The translations under genes and the position numbers were made by a program. The notes beneath the pieces are model-generated. The model was not told the DNA's origin. It did not search any database and saw only the letters and a program-made list of their open reading frames with translations. Shown in pieces: positions 57,701 to 64,000 of a stretch of 64,000 nt of DNA (the first letter of the stretch is position 1; the number at the start of each line of letters is the position of its first letter). The DNA is from a virus, in the IMG/VR virus record IMGVR_UViG_3300017971_000250, positions 1 through 64,000 of that record; one strand, 5' to 3'.

Positions 57701-57822
57701 ACGGTGAGCGCAAGAAGGGAGCCGCCAAGAGCACCGGCTCCCATCGTGACCTGGCTCATGCCCTGCTTCATCCGGCCGACCGATGCGTGCAGTGACTGGA
57801 ACTGCCGCTGCGTTTGTCGCAT
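54754..57822 (-). CDS. tape measure protein (TP901 family); true start probably about 21 codons further upstream
   Basis: T.YT..QVA.AM..L.RAGF...A..AD...NT motif and Ala/Gly-rich helices. The frame is open up to a TGA at 57895-57897. Confidence 0.92.
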   Translation of the reverse strand: MRQTQRQFQSLHASVGRMKQGMSQVTMGAGALGGSLLALTVPVAMGVRSATKFNEGMSGVQAITNATSEDMSRLRQNAVDLSLQTVYTGTQVANAMEILSRAGFNVNEVLGATPGVLAAAAAEGLEMAEAADIISIAVRGMNLDASDAGHVADVLANAAASANTNIRMLGESFVYGAAQASMMNISLEETTAAFAVMADRGVRASMAGTNFSQMLIHLASPSKQAKKLLMDMGLQAHQVSVTTYGLGTVVDRLRTGLEKLTPVQKESALQTLFGIRGMRAGNALLKTEAGRLQELTKQFEGADGAAKRMADTRLKNVSGALKMVGASVEAFWITLEEKFEEPFAIAIGRVIDGLNSIVFGMRAVQAGVADPLQNVRDQMESVGSIAVMMGAEKDSFLNPETAVAIARGIFEAVQGIADAVTGLFDTVKRGAEALGLTSMSEEGIRAAARFATTIALVGAVAGPVLLSVVGLKFAFGGLFGILTGGVNIVRGAIGVVTGLGGGLLGMGTSAAAAGAESAAAATGVGTLGAAAGAAAATTEAAAVGTSAVGTAASQAATPIYRTSTALSDEAIKAEMAAGGTLSAASAMRALRTAALTAPGPVQATATALGEAGTAATTATGPITGAAGALRGLGAAGTQAAGGTAAAAAGLQAIGAAAARTTPATAKTEGALIGAAVAAGRFGRAGSWIARGAGAAAGSLKALGIVGAIVGVLLLLLQKRGESTGEMFGRIGGAIASGFGKSIEFVRTTWHKLSLIFGPVIDAFMEAVAPIGDLFRTVMGDVLGMFGQAAGEVGGTWMSAMRPIADVLVIIFKLIGVAIKGLVVVGKILWAAFRPLVWLFIQAGKYVAMVLPAMIKLFAEAARKVGEFGVQLVNWLLTPMRTAAGILATILDSISGIAKKIGIDLSGAVQGLRELSESEISLAPTHPVTPYEKMMEELYGGKPKSLEEQLAETIREKRGEEEGEEIPPIDMTHVTNVEIDGQKVAVATEKYRVGIRDRAGAKTKPWQRRSLIVRAVDMTPVRV

Positions 57823-57899
57823 CGCCCCAACGGCCCGACTATTGTCGAAGCTGAGGACTGCGCCTATGCCGACATTTTCAAACAGGTTGGGCTCTCAAT

Positions 57900-58427
57900 C
57901 TACGGCCCCACATGACTCCAATTTGTCCTGTCAAGAACAAAACGGATCGTGCTGCGCGTGACGCCGTATTCACGCGCTAGAGCACCGATATTCAATTCGG
58001 GAAACCGGAATCGCCGTTGTCGGATCTCACGCACCTGTGCTTCGGTAAGTTTTGCCCGCGAATGCGTTTCACCACGCGTCCCTGGACCACGCATGTGACC
58101 CTTCGTCGCTGCGTCCTGAATGTTGTCTTTCTGCGTTCCTAGAAATAGGTGATCAGGATTCACACAAAGGGGGTTATCGCAATGGTGACAAACCTGCAGA
58201 CCGCGTGGAATCGCTCCGCGATGAAGGATCCAGGAGGCACGATAAGCCGTTGTCCGCTTCCCGTTGTCTAGAACGGTTTGTCCCCTGGACTGATCGACTC
58301 CGCACCGCGCTCCGGTCCAGAGCCAGCAACCGGACCGATTCCGTTGGATGTACTGATAGAATCGCTCCCGTAGAGGAATCCGTGCGAACGTCCCATCATC
58401 GCAACGCACTGCGTTCAGATTTGCCAT
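57900..58427 (-). CDS. free-standing HNH endonuclease
   Basis: CWLWTG...AYRASW...VCHHCDNPLCVNPDHLFLGTQKDN, then AKLTE.QV HTH. Confidence 0.92.
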   Translation of the reverse strand: MANLNAVRCDDGTFARIPLRERFYQYIQRNRSGCWLWTGARCGVDQSRGQTVLDNGKRTTAYRASWILHRGAIPRGLQVCHHCDNPLCVNPDHLFLGTQKDNIQDAATKGHMRGPGTRGETHSRAKLTEAQVREIRQRRFRFPELNIGALAREYGVTRSTIRFVLDRTNWSHVGP

Positions 58428-58454
58428 CGTCGCCCACCTTGTAGGTGTCGCCGT

Positions 58455-58700
58455 CTATCGTTTGCGGCCGCGCGTCTTCGGAACCAGTAACCGAGCTAGT
58501 TGTCGGACAGCTCCACCAAACGCGCCGACCTCTTGCTGCCTTCTTTTAAGCTCCTTCCCCACGAACTCCGCGTGAGCCTCGCGCTCTCGACTCGTCATGT
58601 GGTGGACCTCCGTCCAGGTCAGTCCACCGTGATACACCAAGAAGAAAATCTCCTCGGCTATTTCTCTCCACTCTCGGAGGGGGAAGAGAGCCCGAAAAAA
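58455..58700 (-). CDS. tail assembly chaperone -1 frameshift extension
   Basis: Frame entered by -1 slip at T TTT TTC; EEIFFLVYHGGLTWTEVHHM..RE motif typical of GT/E' extensions. Confidence 0.75.
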   Translation of the reverse strand, partial: FFRALFPLREWREIAEEIFFLVYHGGLTWTEVHHMTSREREAHAEFVGKELKRRQQEVGAFGGAVRQLARLLVPKTRGRKR

Positions 58701-59593
58701 ACGTCGTAACTCCACTCGATCGTCTGCATCAGCGACCGCGCGCACTTCTCGCAGTCCGCCTCGATGAATAGCTGCGGTCCCGCCATCGACTCCTGGACGG
58801 CAGCCATCAACTCATTCTTGGTCTTGACCCTCATCCGCGCCCGCTCCAGATCCTGCAGCGTCACGATGATCGGTTTGCCGTCTAGCTCCTTGATCGCGCC
58901 TTTGAGCATCACCATGTCCCGGATCGCGGGGTTGAAGGCATGAATCCCCTCCAGCGCCGGGGTATCCATCGCTGCCCACTCGATCGGTCCAATCGTGAGC
59001 GCCGTCCCCGTTTCCTTTCCGAAAGTGATCGGCTCGTCGAGGATATGCTCGAAGGTCTGATCGACGAGCGTGTCCTCCTCGCCGTCCCCGTAGTCGATCA
59101 CCTTGACGTCGAGGTCGTTCAAGTCGGTGCTGAAGCGGAAGGTTGACCGGCAACCGGGGCAAGTGATCCCGATCGGGAACTCGGTGCCGAGCGATTCGAC
59201 GCGGACCCAAAAGTAGGTGTAGAGAACGTCCATCATTTGCATCTTGGCCAGCGCGACGAGCCGCTCCGACTTCTTCATCTTCTCGAAGTCGTGCGGCCCT
59301 AGCTGCGTGCAGGTGACGGACAGCACCTCGGAGACCAGGCGGCCAGCCGTGAGGCCCTTCGCCTTCGCCCGGAAGCCACCGATCTCCTTTTCCTCGGCAA
59401 GCGTGAATTCACGAACGCCGATCGTGCGCTCGAACTTCTGACCGGAAGGAATGCCGACAGGAAGGCGCGCCCCTAGATCGCCGAGGGTCGTCGTTCGATA
59501 CCGCGCGATCTTGAGGGGCGCATCAGCCGTTGCCGTTTCGGATTCTGCCTTCTTCATGCCAGGCGACACGCGCCTGATCTTCTTCTCGTCCAT
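58658..59593 (-). CDS. tail assembly chaperone (T4 gp26-like, two CxxC)
   Basis: Between tube and tape measure; RVESLG...CPGC, CEKC. Confidence 0.75.
   Translation of the reverse strand: MDEKKIRRVSPGMKKAESETATADAPLKIARYRTTTLGDLGARLPVGIPSGQKFERTIGVREFTLAEEKEIGGFRAKAKGLTAGRLVSEVLSVTCTQLGPHDFEKMKKSERLVALAKMQMMDVLYTYFWVRVESLGTEFPIGITCPGCRSTFRFSTDLNDLDVKVIDYGDGEEDTLVDQTFEHILDEPITFGKETGTALTIGPIEWAAMDTPALEGIHAFNPAIRDMVMLKGAIKELDGKPIIVTLQDLERARMRVKTKNELMAAVQESMAGPQLFIEADCEKCARSLMQTIEWSYDVFFGLSSPSESGEK
58694..58702 (-). promoter_or_regulatory. programmed -1 frameshift slippery site GTTTTTTTC
   Basis: GAC GTT TTT TTC GGG, ten codons before the chaperone stop; classic position upstream of the tape measure gene. 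Confidence 0.78.
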
Positions 59594-59751
59594 CGATCCT
59601 CCAATCGCCCCGTGGGGCTTGTGAGGTTAGAGCCTGCACTGACTGGAGCGGGTCCCGTCACTGCGGCCGTGAATGATCGGTTTGCGCACTCGTAGCATCG
59701 ACGCTCGCGCCTACCGCCTCATCCCTCTAAGACCCGACCAGCCAGGACCCG

Positions 59752-60192
59752 CTAGACCGGGATCACTTCGTCGACCGAGAGCGCCCAGGAGATATTCACG
59801 ATGTCGCCATCGTTCGCCATATCGAGGTCAGGCGAACTCCGGCTCGTCGGGAATACTCCGATCAGCGAGTAGGATCGGAACCCGGTGCCGTCCACGGTCT
59901 GCATGATGAGCGTCGCAGCCTTCTTGTAGGTCGGGCTGCCCGCCTTCGCCTCACCGAACCACAACTCCATCGCTGCGATTTCGGTATCGTGATGCGCGGG
60001 GAGCGCGATGGTGACTTCGGTCGGGTTGGTATCCCCGCCCGTCGCCCGCGTCCGATCCGGAAGATCGGTCGTTAGCAGCTCCTCGCTGATTCCACTGACC
60101 GTCACTGGCGTCAGTGGCGGAAGCCCAATCACATGAAGCTCGTAACGATTCGTTGCGATGTGATTGGGCTGGAGTGTTCCTTTCAGACCCAT
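59752..60192 (-). CDS. tail tube protein (gp19-like)
   Basis: 146 aa downstream of the sheath; VSGI...W...YKK.ATL...YSL.GVFP. Confidence 0.82.
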   Translation of the reverse strand: MGLKGTLQPNHIATNRYELHVIGLPPLTPVTVSGISEELLTTDLPDRTRATGGDTNPTEVTIALPAHHDTEIAAMELWFGEAKAGSPTYKKAATLIMQTVDGTGFRSYSLIGVFPTSRSSPDLDMANDGDIVNISWALSVDEVIPV

Positions 60193-60244
60193 CTTTCTAC
60201 CTCCAGGCTTGCACCGCTAGCGCGTGCGGCCAGTGGCCTCGTTT

Positions 60245-60511
60245 CTAAGTCTCGTAGTCGACATACTGCGTGCCCGCGCTCGCCGCACTCGGCGTCAGCG
60301 AATTCTCGGGCGCGCCAGTATCAGGCAGCGAGCACCTCGATGCTGCGTAGGAGCTACCCGGGCACTCGTGGGTGTGTGCGTTGTACTTCGTGCGCAGGTC
60401 TTTCAACTCCTGCACGATGGCGAAGAGCACGTCCTTGACATTCGAGTCGGTGAACCGATCCGTGCCGATCCCGCCCTCGCCGATTGACTTCCTGACTGTT
60501 ACGACCGCCAT
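60245..60511 (-). CDS. small protein with KYNAHTH motif
   Basis: Strong GGAGG SD; short coiled coil ending in HxH. Confidence 0.65.
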   Translation of the reverse strand: MAVVTVRKSIGEGGIGTDRFTDSNVKDVLFAIVQELKDLRTKYNAHTHECPGSSYAASRCSLPDTGAPENSLTPSAASAGTQYVDYET

Positions 60512-60624
60512 CGTCCTTTTCCCTCCTCCTATGAGTGGGTTGTTGCGGGAGCGGAAATCGAATCCGCTTCTTCGTGGTTATGAGCCACGCGAGATGCCTT
60601 ACCTCCCCCCCCCGCGTCAATCCC

Positions 60625-62910
60625 CTATGCCGTCTGCTCGAACACTCCGTCCTTGCTGATCGTGATCACGAACCGCTCGATGGTGTCCGCAAGCTGGAGC
60701 GCGATCTCCGCGTAAAGCTCTCCAGCCGCCCGCGTCGCAGCGGTGTTGATATCATCGTCCACCTTCAGCGAGCAGGCTTCGTCGAACGTCGCGCCGCGCA
60801 GCGCCCGCTTCCGCCACTCCGGCAGGAAGTAGTCCCTCAGCGTCGAAAGGATCTTCTGCTGCATGACCGCATCATTGATTTCGAAGATCGTCCAGTCGAA
60901 GGTCTCGCGCAGCGTGTTCTCGTAGTGGCTCATCATGGCGCGGTGATGCAGGAAGCGCCAGGCCGAGTCGATTGCGATTGTGCGAGCGCCCCAAAGGATG
61001 CAATTGCCCTTCTGGATCTTGACGACGTTGATGCCCTGCGGAGTCAGCACCTCCTCACTGAGCCGCGTCGCGTCCAGACTGACGACCCGCGACAGAACCA
61101 CGCTGGTCCCGGCCGGGGCCTTGTGATATCCGTCGTAGTCCTTCGCAATCTTGGCAACGCGTCCGAGGATCGCTCCGGTGAGCGGGACCGACTTCAGCAT
61201 TCCAGACTTGTCGGGGTCGTCGACGTTCCCGTAGCTCGGGAAGTAGGTCCGAGCGAAGTCGTTACGCCCAATGGTGCTGTTGATGAATTCGATCGCGTCG
61301 TTCTCCGTGAGCTTCGACGGATCGATTTCCACCTGGAACACCCAGTTTTTCCCCTCGGCGAAGTTAATCCCGGCCTTCTGAACCGTCGCGGAGTAGGCTC
61401 CGGGGGTCGCAACGTGAACGAGCCCTTTGTTCTCTCCGACCAGCTCGTTCAGATAGCTCAGGTCGGTATCGAAGTGCGTGGCGGTGTAGTCGGCGTCGGC
61501 AACGCCCGCGATCCCGTCGTACCCGTTGAAGAGACCCTGCGGATACTGGACCATAAACGAGTCATTGATCGCGCCGCTGGTCGTCAGGTCGCCAACCGAG
61601 ACGGTGAGCGTGTTGACCGTGTTGTCGATGATGCGATAGCGCTCGTTCGGTGCGTTGATCTTGTCGGGATAGATGTACCCGCCGATCAGCGCGTCCGGCT
61701 CCCAGGGGAAGTAGTTGATCACGATCTCGTCGTCCTCGGTCGCGCCGGTCGGCGTGATCGTGAACGGAGGAACGTCCGGGCAGCCCGCGTACTGTGCCGC
61801 GAGCGTTTCGGCCGCACCGATCTTGACCTCGTAGCCGTCGGCGAAGGTCGCATAGACGTCCATCGTCGTCACCGTCGCCAGAACGACGCACCGGATCTTG
61901 ACCGGGTACTTCATCGTCTGCGTCAGCGTACCGAGCGCGACGGTGTAGGTGCCCGTCCCGGTGTAGGAGTACTGGTAGGCTTTCGAAGTCAGCACCGTCG
62001 CGGTGACCGCGCTGATCAGCCCGTAGTCGTTCGCCGGGCGGCGCTTCGGATCGGTGTTGCCGCCGTTGTTATCGGTGACCACGATTTCGTGGTTGTTCGA
62101 GTCGTCGTTGATCAGATTGAGGAAGTAGTACTCGGACGCGGGGTCCATCGAGAGGTTCGGATAGTAGAGCGTCGGGTCCCCGTCGACGTAGACGCGCAGG
62201 CTCCACAGCGTAGTGGAATCCGCCTCGCCGTCGCCGATTTCCAGGGTGATCTGCTTCGTCGCCGTCCGCTCAAGCTCCAGGGTGTACCCTTCGTCCGCAT
62301 CGCTGTTCCAGTCGGTCTCCATCGTCGAGTCGGCGGTGACCGTGATCACGCCCGCCGTGGTGTTGGAGACGATCGTGTAGGTCTTCGTGGTGACGGCATC
62401 CAACTTCACCTTGCCGCCCGCCCACTCATTGAGCTTCATCGTGATGCCGGTCGTCAGCGTGGTCTCGGTGATGTTCCCGGCCCCACCGAACTCCCCGGCC
62501 ATAACTCGGGTGCGGCCTCCCCAACGGCCGCCGTTCTTCGCCTCGACCTTGATCACCGCCAGCTTATTCGTGGCGGGGCTGTTGAGGCTCTCGCGCGACC
62601 ATAGGTTGATGAACGCCTTGACCTCCGTGCCGTCCGTCACGCGGCAGAGATGAAGCTCACCCGCGCCGCCGCTGTGATTGAAGAAGTCCTGGCAGGCATC
62701 GGGCAGCGTGCTGTAGTCTACCCGGCCCCCGCAGAGCCGCTTGAAATCACGAGCGCTGTAACACGAGATCAGCTTCGTGGTGTCTCCCTTCTCCAGCATC
62801 CCGACAAAGGCCGTGACGCCGAGGGGAGCCCTCTGGAGTGACTTTCCGGCATCCGCCTCAATGACCGCCACGCCAGGCCCGCGCGTCGGACCGTATCTCC
62901 TCTGTGCCAT
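60625..62910 (-). CDS. contractile tail sheath protein
   Basis: PGVAVIE, TAFVG..EKG, HKAPAG, GINV...WGART, FEIND. Confidence 0.93.
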   Translation of the reverse strand: MAQRRYGPTRGPGVAVIEADAGKSLQRAPLGVTAFVGMLEKGDTTKLISCYSARDFKRLCGGRVDYSTLPDACQDFFNHSGGAGELHLCRVTDGTEVKAFINLWSRESLNSPATNKLAVIKVEAKNGGRWGGRTRVMAGEFGGAGNITETTLTTGITMKLNEWAGGKVKLDAVTTKTYTIVSNTTAGVITVTADSTMETDWNSDADEGYTLELERTATKQITLEIGDGEADSTTLWSLRVYVDGDPTLYYPNLSMDPASEYYFLNLINDDSNNHEIVVTDNNGGNTDPKRRPANDYGLISAVTATVLTSKAYQYSYTGTGTYTVALGTLTQTMKYPVKIRCVVLATVTTMDVYATFADGYEVKIGAAETLAAQYAGCPDVPPFTITPTGATEDDEIVINYFPWEPDALIGGYIYPDKINAPNERYRIIDNTVNTLTVSVGDLTTSGAINDSFMVQYPQGLFNGYDGIAGVADADYTATHFDTDLSYLNELVGENKGLVHVATPGAYSATVQKAGINFAEGKNWVFQVEIDPSKLTENDAIEFINSTIGRNDFARTYFPSYGNVDDPDKSGMLKSVPLTGAILGRVAKIAKDYDGYHKAPAGTSVVLSRVVSLDATRLSEEVLTPQGINVVKIQKGNCILWGARTIAIDSAWRFLHHRAMMSHYENTLRETFDWTIFEINDAVMQQKILSTLRDYFLPEWRKRALRGATFDEACSLKVDDDINTAATRAAGELYAEIALQLADTIERFVITISKDGVFEQTA

Positions 62911-62923
62911 CGGCAATCCCTCC

Positions 62924-64000
62924 TTAGCTAATCGTCACGGCGGCATCGCCCGTCAGCTTCACCGACTGGATCGGGTAGACGCCGTCCTGATCAGTCAACA
63001 CTCCGCGAGTGTGGAAGTACAAATCTGCGATCTCAAACCGTGCTTGGCTGGAATGGAGCCCCTCGGCTGTCGGAACCGTCGTCGAGCGAAACTCGTCAAC
63101 GAGCCGGAGCCCGAAAGGTTCGTCTGTTCCGTTCGTCCGCATGATCCGATTGGCCTCGAAGAACTTAGTTGTCTCCTCCACCAGGCGCTGCAGGTCAACA
63201 CCTCTCGCCGCCGTCGCTATGATATCACAGAGAAAGGTCATGCGATAGGGCGGGGGAAAGACCAGGATCGTTGGATCGACCGCGTCTTTGTCCGTAACCG
63301 AATCACGCAGCGCCGTCGGGTGCGTCCCCGTCGGCGTCAGGCCCGTCAGCACCAGGGCCGGGACCTTTTCTAGCTCGATGAAGTCCGGGCTCGTCGCTTC
63401 GAAGACAAGCTCGGGCTCGATGGTCGCCTCGATGAAGGCGACCTTGGACGATGCCAGCGACCCGGAGAGCGTGATAATCTGCGTCGTCGAATTGTAGCTG
63501 CTGAGTAGATCGCTCAGGTGACCGGAGTCGTCGGTGTGGTTGTAGACCGCATCCACGCCGACGATCTGGTAGGTCATTTTTGTCGCCGTCAGCACCGCGC
63601 CGAGGTCGATAGAAGACGAACCAGCCCCATTCGTAACAAACCTGGCGACCGGCCGCACCGCCGCAGACATCGCAGGTAGCAGCGTCCGGTAGACCAGGTC
63701 CTCCTGCTCGCTCCGAAGGTTTGCCTCGTAGGCGAGGCGGAGCCCTCTCAGGATCGGCGTGTAGCTCTTGTTCGTCGTTTTGAGATTGACCACGATCCGG
63801 AGGGTCCGCGTCGCGGTCGCAATGTAACTGCTTATATTCGTTGCGATTTCCGCTTCGGCGTTCCAGGTGCTCGTCCCCTGCTCCCAGGCCGCACCGTTCC
63901 AGAACCACTGGTTCGTGCCGTCGTGGAGCCGGTATTTGGTCGAGGTGACGACGGTCTCGCCGCGCGTCATTCCCTGCTCGACCTCCGCCTGGAACGCGAC
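62924..64000 (-). CDS. neck/tail-completion-like structural protein (5' truncated by the window)
   Basis: Frame is open to the window edge; lies immediately upstream of the sheath. Confidence 0.55.
   Translation of the reverse strand, partial: VAFQAEVEQGMTRGETVVTSTKYRLHDGTNQWFWNGAAWEQGTSTWNAEAEIATNISSYIATATRTLRIVVNLKTTNKSYTPILRGLRLAYEANLRSEQEDLVYRTLLPAMSAAVRPVARFVTNGAGSSSIDLGAVLTATKMTYQIVGVDAVYNHTDDSGHLSDLLSSYNSTTQIITLSGSLASSKVAFIEATIEPELVFEATSPDFIELEKVPALVLTGLTPTGTHPTALRDSVTDKDAVDPTILVFPPPYRMTFLCDIIATAARGVDLQRLVEETTKFFEANRIMRTNGTDEPFGLRLVDEFRSTTVPTAEGLHSSQARFEIADLYFHTRGVLTDQDGVYPIQSVKLTGDAAVTIS

Noticed and set aside
60535-62604. Long plus-strand ORFs (also 8745-10343, 28988-30196 and many others)
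   Set aside because: Antisense shadows of high-GC minus-strand genes; no motifs or RBS.
43242-62910. Extracellular contractile injection system (eCIS/tailocin)
   Set aside because: The tail genes are contiguous with a full phage replication module and a long tape measure gene, so a myophage is the simpler reading.

Overview
High-GC fragment of a contractile-tailed (myovirus-like) dsDNA phage genome. Essentially all credible genes are on the minus strand. In transcription order (right to left) the window holds: (1) a tail and baseplate module with sheath, tube, chaperone carrying a -1 slippery site, tape measure, LysM initiator, hub, spike, gp25-like, baseplate J, wedge and beta-helix fibre; (2) a lysis cassette with an NlpC/P60 TIGR02594-type endolysin and holin-like genes; (3) a replication, recombination and repair module with an SF2 helicase, an AT-rich origin candidate, DnaB-like helicase, primase, CobS/CobT-like AAA+/VWA pair, sigma-like factor, DnaE, HU, UvsY-like, gp32-like SSB, RecA, SbcD/SbcC, RuvC, UDG and a DNA methyltransferase; (4) accessory genes; (5) about 1.5 kb of repeat-rich, apparently non-coding DNA that may be a genome end. 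Selfish elements are abundant: three inteins and three free-standing HNH genes. The main finding is that both DnaE inteins are dual-coding. The intein frame stays open but its middle reads as motif-less filler, while the +1 frame of the same DNA encodes a complete nuclease: Zn-finger plus PD-(D/E)XK in one intein and Vsr/DUF559-like in the other. All family assignments come from motif recognition by eye. No database searches were run.
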